A model generated the notes under the pieces. That model ran no database searches. It was not told the origin of the DNA and worked only from the letters and a program-made list of their open reading frames with translations. The position numbers and the translations under genes are program-made. A stretch of DNA of 64,000 nucleotides, taken from IMG/VR virus record IMGVR_UViG_3300005466_000026, positions 21,775-85,774 of that record; one strand, given 5' to 3'. Shown piece after piece: positions 53,299 to 60,912 of this stretch. Origin of the DNA: a virus. The stretch's first letter is position 1, and each line of letters opens with the position of its first letter.

Positions 53299-53858
53299 AG
53301 CACACCGATCCCGTTGTCCTGACTGTCCATCCGTATCTCCTGGTGACGATGCCGGGCTTTTATCTCCCTCCAGAAGATGGGAACCTCTATCGGCTTCTTG
53401 TGCGGAGGCAGACCCTTCTTGCGATAGAATCCTATGTCGTGAAATGCTATCATCTTGGTGAGAGGACTGTAGTTCTCCCAGTCCTTCTTGACGTAGGGCA
53501 GCGTGTGATTAGCGTCTATGAACACAGCGTCAAAGGGACCTAGCGCGCGCACCTTGTCAATTATGTTCTTATCTGTGCTGTCTCCGAGTAGCAGATGCGC
53601 GTCATATCCGCGCTTCTTCAGCTCAGCTACGCACTCCTCTAGAGGCCCCTGACTCTTCTTGAATGACGCGTCACCGTGCGGCAGATCCACCGACACGATC
53701 CTAGATCCCCCCATTAGCTTGTTCGCGACGTACCAAAGAGATCCACCAAATTTGGATCCGACCTCCAGATACGACTTCACGTTATTGTCCACCAACAACT
53801 TGGTGAAGACCTCGATCTCAGTTCTATTCTGCAGTATCCCAGTCTCACACTTCATCAT
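53289..53858 (-). CDS. class I SAM methyltransferase (Methyltransf_24-like)
   Basis: YLEVGSKFGGS, VSVD, GDS, FDAVFIDANH, IAFHDI. Confidence 0.85.
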   Translation of the reverse strand: MMKCETGILQNRTEIEVFTKLLVDNNVKSYLEVGSKFGGSLWYVANKLMGGSRIVSVDLPHGDASFKKSQGPLEECVAELKKRGYDAHLLLGDSTDKNIIDKVRALGPFDAVFIDANHTLPYVKKDWENYSPLTKMIAFHDIGFYRKKGLPPHKKPIEVPIFWREIKARHRHQEIRMDSQDNGIGVLWL

Positions 53859-54667
53859 GTGGCTATCATCCTCATTGCTGCGTCCTTAACCTCGTCTACT
53901 GAGATATTGGACATGGCTCTCTTGCAGTGATCGCACTTCTCGATGTGACCGCAGGCCTCTGCTCCCCCGGTCAGATTGACGTGTCCCTCGTACCCGGTAA
54001 CAGCCGGGGGGATGAACCCGCCGAACAGCACGACTGCGGGAACTCCGACGGCCGCAGACGCGTGATGCATCCCGCCCTCAGGACCGATGTACAGCGCAGC
54101 CTGCGACAGCGCGGAGATCACGTGACGAAACTTAGGCAGCTCCACGATAGCCGCCTGCTGAATTATGCGCCGCGAGTTCTTGTGCTTGAACTGAATGACG
54201 TCGACGCCCTGAAGTATCAGGCGACGCGCGACCTCCTCGTACTTCCCCTCGCCCCAGTCCTTGTTCGGCGCCACCGACTTGTGCCACGGCACGTTCGGCT
54301 CGATTACGACGAAACCCGGCTTGAAAGCCTTGGCGACGTTGGTCTCCTGCTCGTCGAAGAAGAACTCTCCCGGCGTAGGACGGAAGTCGAAGTTCCAGAC
54401 CCACCTGCCATTCACCAGCTTGTTGTACTTGCGACGTCCCTTATAGTGATCCACCCAGATGAGGTCTTGGTCCCTCTCACTGCCCGGAGGAGCCACGTTG
54501 GGATTATTGTAGTAGATCTCAGGACACCAGCTGGACCAGCTGATCCTCTGTCCGTCGCCGAAGGCCACTCGCTTGCCCTTGGCGTGCGCTCCTCGCGCCA
54601 TGCCAGAGCCCATGATCTCGTCGCCGAAGCCCACTCTGCTAACTCCATCCCATGCAGTGGTCGCCAT
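53855..54667 (-). CDS. GT9 heptosyltransferase-like glycosyltransferase
   Basis: GFGDEIM, NKDW, ALYIGPEGGMHHASAAVGVPAVVLFGG, C..AM.NISVDEV; true start may be slightly downstream. Confidence 0.85.
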   Translation of the reverse strand: MATTAWDGVSRVGFGDEIMGSGMARGAHAKGKRVAFGDGQRISWSSWCPEIYYNNPNVAPPGSERDQDLIWVDHYKGRRKYNKLVNGRWVWNFDFRPTPGEFFFDEQETNVAKAFKPGFVVIEPNVPWHKSVAPNKDWGEGKYEEVARRLILQGVDVIQFKHKNSRRIIQQAAIVELPKFRHVISALSQAALYIGPEGGMHHASAAVGVPAVVLFGGFIPPAVTGYEGHVNLTGGAEACGHIEKCDHCKRAMSNISVDEVKDAAMRMIAT

Positions 54668-55295
54668 TCATCTCAAACAACTCTCTCGCACCCCACGACT
54701 CAAGCAGCAATTTTGCGTCGTGTCGCTCCTTGCCGTAGACAGACTTATGCTTCCTCGTCTTGTCGCCCTTCTGCTCGAGGATGATTATTGGTCTGTGTCT
54801 CTTGATGATGTTCTCGCCGCCCTCCACGACGAAATACTCATAATTTTCAACGTCGATCTTGATAAAGTCAACGTTCACGAAATCAAAATCATCCAGCTTT
54901 ACCATCGAGACACCAGTACCGCCCTCGATAACTTGCGTGCTCCCGGTACTACCGTGCATGAACTTCAAGCCGACTTCTGCGTGCTGATGTCCAACCGCGC
55001 AGTGATGTACCTCATAATTCTTGAGGCCAGACATATTTAGTCGGAGGCACTCGATGTGTTCTGTGACCGGCTCAAAACCGATCACCTTATCAAACTGCCT
55101 CGCGAGATGCATGGCCCATAGACCAATGTGCATCCCTACGTCTAGAGCACAGCGCCTCTTCTTTACTCTTCTCAGAGCAGCGTCAAGCTTATGATACTGA
55201 TAAGTACCTCTGCCGTCTACCTTTGGTCCTCTGGCGACCATCTCGACTAAGTGAGTCTCACTGTCGGGGAACCAAATTCCATCTGCGCACTTCAT
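54639..55295 (-). CDS. FkbM family methyltransferase
   Basis: ALDVGMHIGLW, VIGFEP, LDDF...VDFIKIDVENYE. Confidence 0.9.
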   Translation of the reverse strand: MKCADGIWFPDSETHLVEMVARGPKVDGRGTYQYHKLDAALRRVKKRRCALDVGMHIGLWAMHLARQFDKVIGFEPVTEHIECLRLNMSGLKNYEVHHCAVGHQHAEVGLKFMHGSTGSTQVIEGGTGVSMVKLDDFDFVNVDFIKIDVENYEYFVVEGGENIIKRHRPIIILEQKGDKTRKHKSVYGKERHDAKLLLESWGARELFEMNGDHCMGWS

Positions 55296-55942
55296 CGGTT
55301 CTTCCTAGCCATCTCGTAGTCAAATCTGATGCCTCGCGCCCAGATGGCCGCAGGCTGAGGAACAGGCTGCTCGAACTCCTCCAGCTCGATCTCGCATATC
55401 TCGGAGTAGTGAATACGCCGAAACCCCATCCCCTTTATCAGCTCGTCTACCTCGTTTCGCTCCTCCAGAGAGCCGCGCCACACGAAGAACTTCTTGCATC
55501 TATCCGCGAGCCACTTGACCAAGCTGTCCAGGTCTCTCTTCTCCATGACTCTGAACAGCTTGTGGTAGACAGCGAGCATGAGAACTATGTCATAGCTATC
55601 CCTCAGGTTCTTGCCGAAAGCCTTCTCTATGGCGGCACCACCTCCGGTGAGATCCACCACCTCGAACCTAGCGTCGACGCTGCGAATGTCGGCGAACCAC
55701 TCGTTCGCAACCTCCATTCCCTTCACATAGTTGTCGCATCCATGAACGACACTAGCACCAGCAAGAACAAGATCGTGGCACACAGCACCGCGATTGCAAC
55801 CAACGTCAAAGACACTCGCGCCCCGCGCGCGAGGAAGAATATCAGCGAGACCGTCAAGACGAAACCCGCTAAAATTAATGACGCGACGCTGAACACCCTT
55901 GTCCGTCCAAGTTGATGGCATCTTAGGCGGCTCTCTTTCCAC
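55292..55942 (-). CDS. class I SAM methyltransferase
   Basis: SVFDVGCNRG, VHGCD, YDIVLMLAVYH. Confidence 0.8.
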   Translation of the reverse strand: MEREPPKMPSTWTDKGVQRRVINFSGFRLDGLADILPRARGASVFDVGCNRGAVCHDLVLAGASVVHGCDNYVKGMEVANEWFADIRSVDARFEVVDLTGGGAAIEKAFGKNLRDSYDIVLMLAVYHKLFRVMEKRDLDSLVKWLADRCKKFFVWRGSLEERNEVDELIKGMGFRRIHYSEICEIELEEFEQPVPQPAAIWARGIRFDYEMARKNR

Positions 55943-56741
55943 CGCGAACGGCGTCGTAGCTGCCGAACATCTCGTCGACCGACGGCTCGTACCTGTCCGC
56001 CGTGTATCCCTCCGCCTGCGCCTCGTCCCACAGCCTGTCGACCATCTGCTGGACCTCAGGATGCGCGTGAGGCTGCGGCTTGTCGGCCCGAAGCGTGAAG
56101 GCGTTCCAGTGCTGCCTGCCGCTGGCCTTTAGACGCGGCATCGCCCACTTCAGGTGAGGCTGCGTCTCCACCTTCGTGAAGTGAATCAGCTTGATCTCCG
56201 GATCCGCGAGACTCTTGTACTTCTCGCCGTCCAGGCAGTTCCAGTTTCCCTGGAAGGGAGCTATCGCCCCGCCGATGTTGTTGCGAACCTGCCGGTACAG
56301 ACCCTCTCTGCTGCGCAGCTGATCGAACGGCACGATAAACTTCTTGGCTCGCTCGCAGTCGAACAGAAGAACGCAGTGTGTGTTCGGGCTCTTCGCGAGT
56401 ATCGCCTTGCCGTCCGGTATCTTCTGGTTCCAAAGCTCCGCGGGATCCGCGCAGTAGATCTGATCCACGTCGTTGTAGATGCCCTTGCCCCTGAACCCGC
56501 AGACGTGCGGTATCGCCCAGCGAAACGCGCTGAACGGAGTGGCCCATCCTCTGGTATTCCAACCCTCACCCTTCTTCGGATTGCTGTACCAAGGAGACGC
56601 TGGATCATTCGACAGCTTCATCCACGTGATGTCTACCGGCATGGACGAGAACTTGCGAACCGTGTACTCGAACATTCCCTGCGACTCGGCGTCCTCACCG
56701 TTCGCGCTGCATCCCACGAATATGCGTATGGCTTCAGTCAT
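55923..56741 (-). CDS. GT-A (GT8-like) glycosyltransferase
   Basis: IRIFVG, TPFSAFRWAIPH.CGF.GKGIYNDVDQ (DxD), VLLFDC, WNCLDG, LIHFT...QP. Confidence 0.8.
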   Translation of the reverse strand: MTEAIRIFVGCSANGEDAESQGMFEYTVRKFSSMPVDITWMKLSNDPASPWYSNPKKGEGWNTRGWATPFSAFRWAIPHVCGFRGKGIYNDVDQIYCADPAELWNQKIPDGKAILAKSPNTHCVLLFDCERAKKFIVPFDQLRSREGLYRQVRNNIGGAIAPFQGNWNCLDGEKYKSLADPEIKLIHFTKVETQPHLKWAMPRLKASGRQHWNAFTLRADKPQPHAHPEVQQMVDRLWDEAQAEGYTADRYEPSVDEMFGSYDAVRGGKRAA

Positions 56742-57397
56742 AGACTCCATCTCCTGAGCATCTGTTCTATGGTCATCTTCGGAAAGCACTCGATGGTGCT
56801 GGTCTTGGAGCAGTTGACGACGTCTACCCCCATCTTCTTGAGTACGGGAGCAGCGGCGGTCATGTGTCGCCGCCACTCGTGAAAGCGACCGTTGTCCGGA
56901 TTGCGCAGCGGCGCTGGATGAGCACCGTGCCAGTGAACTCCGCCGTGCTCGCTGAAGTCGAAGCCCACCAGAGCGACACCAGTCGCGCCGAACTGCGTCA
57001 CCAGATTGAGAACCTGATACCCGGAGTTGCCGCCAGCGCCGACGACCCCCGGCTCGTCGTAGAGCATCTTGTGTATCAGGTTCTTGGCCTTGTCTCTGGC
57101 AACTACGACGTCATGGATGCCCTTCTCCTTAACGCCGTGCCCGAGTCTTACTCCCTCGAAGCCCTTAACCTTCTCGCGGCGAATGTGCCACCACACGTCG
57201 TCGCATCCGTAGAGAACTTCCGCCCAAGGACACAGTCGGTAGCTCTCGTTGATGGCGACAACGTGGATCCGGTCCCGCAGCATCTCAACGCCGACCTTGT
57301 TGGCGCTAGGACCCGCTGCGACTACGGCGACGCACTGACCTCTCCAGTCCTGCCACCACTTGAACCGGGTCGACCCTCTCTCCCAGAGATCCATCAC
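56738..57397 (-). CDS. MAF/DUF115-like (sialyltransferase/MptE-related fold) protein
   Basis: VVAAGPS, VAINES, LYGCD..WW, GNSGYQ.LNL....GA....LVGFD, VVNCS..S.I.CFP. Confidence 0.7.
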   Translation of the reverse strand: MMDLWERGSTRFKWWQDWRGQCVAVVAAGPSANKVGVEMLRDRIHVVAINESYRLCPWAEVLYGCDDVWWHIRREKVKGFEGVRLGHGVKEKGIHDVVVARDKAKNLIHKMLYDEPGVVGAGGNSGYQVLNLVTQFGATGVALVGFDFSEHGGVHWHGAHPAPLRNPDNGRFHEWRRHMTAAAPVLKKMGVDVVNCSKTSTIECFPKMTIEQMLRRWSL

Positions 57398-60300
57398 TGA
57401 CTATTATTCCTGGGACCAGAGGTCAATACTGGTGATCTAGGATCAGAGAAGTCTCTGGGTCTAGCCTCGAACGGTCTCCCTCGGCCGACGCCGGGGGTCG
57501 GTCTTCTGCGAGGCGGTGGGATCGGAGCTGGCACTATCGTAGGCGGACTGCGCAGGAACGAGCGAAGCTCGTTCGGATAGTGATAGCCGATCGGCGGCGG
57601 GAATACCGCCGTCGTGGGCGGCATGGCCTCCGGCCGACGAGCGAGGAACGGCGCGAAGAAGTAGCCGTATCCACTCGCCATTCGCTGAGCAGCAGACGGC
57701 AGAGGCCAGTCGTCCTGATTGACCGGCAGAGGTGGTGTGTGCAGCGCAGTCGTCTGCTGATCGAACCACGTCGGCAGCTGAGAGACGCGGCGCGGAAACG
57801 CTAGCAGATCAAAGTTGCTGACCGGCCTGATCTCAGGCGCGGCCTGCGGACGAGAGATCCAGGTGAGAACCTCTCGACGCTGCTGAGCCGGAACTGGCCA
57901 GTCGTACTGATTGACCGGACGAGCAGAAGCAGAGGCCTGGATGACGATGTTGCTCTGCTGAACCGCCTGAATGAAGGTCTGCGGGCGTATCGGTATCGAG
58001 CCGTCGAAGTTGTTGACCGGCCTCGGCTGAACCTGCTGCGCGAAGTTCGGCGATTGCGTCCAGGTTATCGCCTCTCGAGTTCTGCGAATCGGCAGCGGCC
58101 AGTCGTCCTGATTGACCGGCATCTGCTCTGGCGCGCCGAACTGCGGCGAGCGCGTGTAGGTGATCGCGTCCGGCGTGCGCCGGATCGGGAGCGGCCAGTC
58201 GTCTTGGTTGACCGGCATCCTGTCTGGCGCACGCGGAGCAAAGGTATAGCCGACAGCGTCGCGAGTACGAACGATCGGCAGCGGCCAGTTGTACTGATTG
58301 ACCGGCATCCTCTCGGGTGCACGCGGCGAGAACGTGTATCCGACTGCGTCTCTGGTCCGCAGAATCGGCAGCGGCCAGTCCGACTGATTGACTGGCTTCT
58401 GTGCCGCTGGCGTGCGGAGAGCAACCGCGAACGGCGCGAGATCATAGTTGAAGTACGGCTGCTTCCATCGCAGAGAGTAGTACGGAGCTCTGAATACGTA
58501 CTCGATCTGGATGCCAGCGTTGACCCAGGAGCGCAGACTGATCGGGTAGTCGACGCGAGCAGGAAGCGGCCAGTCGTACTGATTTCTCGGCAGCGTGACA
58601 GCCGCGACACTCTTGAGCTGCGCGTTGAAGTGAAACGCGACGTCTATAGATCGCTGAGGCTCCTGCGTTCCCCAGTCTACGACGCGAGACGGGATGTAGG
58701 TCACCGGCGTCGAGGCATTCGGCGACTGGATCCACGTCTTGACTTCCTCGTCAGCCCGACGCAGCGGTAGCGACCAGTCGGACTGATTGACCGGCTTGGC
58801 GCTCACGACTTGCGCAGGCTGCGGCGCTTGAGTCCAGGTGCGGACCGGCTGCGCCATCCTGATCGGGAGCGGCCAGTCAGCGACCAGAACAGGCTTCAGT
58901 CCAGTAGCAACTCGCGGACCCTGCAGCCAAGTTCTTATGACCTGCTGAGCCTGAATCGGCAATGGCCAGTCGAGCTGATTTGCCGGCCGAGAGACGGCCT
59001 GTGCCGTCAGCAGCGCGACGTTGAACGGCTGCTGCCAAGGCTGCGCGAATTCAACCGGTGCTGGCGTTCCCCAGTCGGAGACTCCGCCGGGCATGTAGCG
59101 TGCCGCGTCGCGAGCAATGGTGGCGAACGGGGGAGACGGCTCCGCCTGCCAAGTGCTGCCGCGCGGGAGCGGCCAGTCGTACTGATTGACTGGCAGCGAT
59201 ACCGCAACAGTCACCTGAGGCGCGCGAGTCCACGTCCGCAGGCTGATCGGATAGACCTGCGACACTGGGAGAGACCAGTCGATGCTCTGCCGCTGCGGAG
59301 GAGGATTTGGTGCCTGCGGCTTCGCAGACCACGTCCTCAGCTGAGACGGATAGACTGGAGCAGTCGGCAGGTCCCAGACGACCTGCTGCTGTGGTCTCGC
59401 GTCTGGAGCACGCGGCGCTCTCGCGAACGTCCGCAGGTCTACCGGATAGTCTTGACCAATCGGCAGCGTCCACTGCGACTGAACCGGCTTGTTGACGACT
59501 GTCGGAGACAGCAGCGCCGGATTAACAGCGATGTAGGTCTGCGCCTTGCGCGGATCCTCCCACGTGCCCCAATCGACGACGCGCGAGGGCATATAGTTGG
59601 GCGGAAGAAGCGGAAGAAAATCAACCGTCCACGTTCGCAGACTGATAGGAAATTCTCGCGCAATCGGCAGCGGCCAATCAAATTGGTTGGCTGGCCGTAG
59701 CAGCGCGCCTCTTAATCCTGTGCTGGCCTGTAGCCACGTGCGCAGGTCCATCAAGACCGGCGCGGGATAAGAGGTCGCTGGCGGCTTTTCCGTTAGACGG
59801 CTATTCCACTCATGCGCAGGACCGGAAAGCGACTCCGAGAAAACGACAATCGCCATCGCGCCGTCTTCAAGGTTCGTGCTTCCCGTGCAGACGCAGTTCG
59901 CCGTTCCCGAAGTCGTCTTGGTCGCGACCGTGTGACAAAAGTTAGTGACGTCGTCTTCCAAATCTTCGGTGAAGGAAGTCCACGTTTTCGACGCTGTGCT
60001 ATTCGTCGCGCAACCAGCGCAGGCGAGACCAAGACCATTGGTCGGAATAGTAACAGACGCCGTCAGCGGCGCAGTCGCGTCCATGTCGGTCGACGTATTC
60101 GACGCAGTTGACGCAACAGTGAAGCTCGCACCGAGAACGCGATAGACCGAAATCTTCGTCGTGTTGATCGACGGGTTGCCGCTGAATGTAACCTTGATGG
60201 TCGCTGTCGTTCCGATAGGAACGTGCAGCACCGCCCATGCAGCGCCGACCGTTGTAGAAAATCTTACGTTGACCGGAATCGCAGCGGTCGCATCGCCGCC

Positions 60301-60471
60301 GCCGGAGTCAATCGTCACGCCCAGAAGATTTAGATTTGCCTCCCATGTAATCGGGATGGCAATAACGCGATCAGCAGCAGCTACGCCGGTAGAAACACCG
60401 GAATAGGTAACGACGTTCGCAGTACCGGCAGCACTTGCCGGATCGGCTGTTCTGGTAACAGACGCAGCCAT
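57394..60471 (-). CDS. 1025-aa protein: N-terminal beta-rich domain plus about 20 NQxDWPLP-type repeats
   Basis: About 15 W-x-L/V-P repeats, 3 DWGT variants and 2 degenerate copies at roughly 30-33 aa spacing; Pro/Gln/Thr/Ser/Arg-rich. Confidence 0.8.
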   Translation of the reverse strand: MAASVTRTADPASAAGTANVVTYSGVSTGVAAADRVIAIPITWEANLNLLGVTIDSGGGDATAAIPVNVRFSTTVGAAWAVLHVPIGTTATIKVTFSGNPSINTTKISVYRVLGASFTVASTASNTSTDMDATAPLTASVTIPTNGLGLACAGCATNSTASKTWTSFTEDLEDDVTNFCHTVATKTTSGTANCVCTGSTNLEDGAMAIVVFSESLSGPAHEWNSRLTEKPPATSYPAPVLMDLRTWLQASTGLRGALLRPANQFDWPLPIAREFPISLRTWTVDFLPLLPPNYMPSRVVDWGTWEDPRKAQTYIAVNPALLSPTVVNKPVQSQWTLPIGQDYPVDLRTFARAPRAPDARPQQQVVWDLPTAPVYPSQLRTWSAKPQAPNPPPQRQSIDWSLPVSQVYPISLRTWTRAPQVTVAVSLPVNQYDWPLPRGSTWQAEPSPPFATIARDAARYMPGGVSDWGTPAPVEFAQPWQQPFNVALLTAQAVSRPANQLDWPLPIQAQQVIRTWLQGPRVATGLKPVLVADWPLPIRMAQPVRTWTQAPQPAQVVSAKPVNQSDWSLPLRRADEEVKTWIQSPNASTPVTYIPSRVVDWGTQEPQRSIDVAFHFNAQLKSVAAVTLPRNQYDWPLPARVDYPISLRSWVNAGIQIEYVFRAPYYSLRWKQPYFNYDLAPFAVALRTPAAQKPVNQSDWPLPILRTRDAVGYTFSPRAPERMPVNQYNWPLPIVRTRDAVGYTFAPRAPDRMPVNQDDWPLPIRRTPDAITYTRSPQFGAPEQMPVNQDDWPLPIRRTREAITWTQSPNFAQQVQPRPVNNFDGSIPIRPQTFIQAVQQSNIVIQASASARPVNQYDWPVPAQQRREVLTWISRPQAAPEIRPVSNFDLLAFPRRVSQLPTWFDQQTTALHTPPLPVNQDDWPLPSAAQRMASGYGYFFAPFLARRPEAMPPTTAVFPPPIGYHYPNELRSFLRSPPTIVPAPIPPPRRRPTPGVGRGRPFEARPRDFSDPRSPVLTSGPRNNSQ
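58080..58400. repeat. about 90-bp imperfect tandem repeat inside the repeat protein
   Basis: Four adjacent units sharing (A)TCGG(C/G)AGCGGCCAGT..TTGAC(C/T)GGC, still similar at DNA level. Confidence 0.8.
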
Positions 60472-60474
60472 TGT

Positions 60475-60726
60475 TTACTTTCCATGCTTGACGGCGAACC
60501 TGCTCGCCCTGAACGAGCACTCCGCGACGCCCGTCTTGTAGGGCGCTGGTTGATTGATGATCTCGCGCAGCCGAACACACTTGCCAGAGCCGCCAGCGGG
60601 ATCGTTGATAATTTCGCGGATGGTATAAGTCCCATTCATCACTGGAATCGTCTCGTTGTAGAGACGCTCGATGTTGAGCGTGTCGACGCAGATGACTTTC
60701 GTTCCAACCCTCAGGGGAGACGACAT
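60475..60726 (-). CDS. hypothetical protein
   Basis: LRVGTKVICVD...YTIREI...L.EI.N...F...RF pattern common in phage small proteins. Confidence 0.6.
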   Translation of the reverse strand: MSSPLRVGTKVICVDTLNIERLYNETIPVMNGTYTIREIINDPAGGSGKCVRLREIINQPAPYKTGVAECSFRASRFAVKHGK

Positions 60727-60911
60727 GTTATGCACCCGTCCGCGTCTGAGTAATCGATCTCGTCGAACGACCAGAGACAAGCCTGCCCGAGCAGAACCTG
60801 ATTACCGCCACCTCCACCGAGACAGGTGACGTCGCCGTCCGCGTCCACGATGCAGTTTCCGTCTGCGTCGAGGATGTTGTTGTTGTCGGCGTCTAGGATT
60901 TGAATCGGCAT
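60711..60911 (-). CDS. small protein with DADxN repeats
   Basis: ILDADNNN ILDADGNC IVDADGD followed by GGGGG. Confidence 0.55.
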   Translation of the reverse strand: MPIQILDADNNNILDADGNCIVDADGDVTCLGGGGGNQVLLGQACLWSFDEIDYSDADGCITCRLP

Positions 60912-60912
60912 G

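Noticed and set aside
51818-57397. Host LPS locus or serotype-conversion cassette
   Set aside because: Genes are coupled within the phage late operon and no flippase, Gtr-type membrane protein or polymerase is evident.
57700-59700. CRISPR array or diversity-generating retroelement repeats
   Set aside because: Repeats are in-frame, degenerate at synonymous sites and inside one long ORF; no cas or reverse transcriptase gene is seen.
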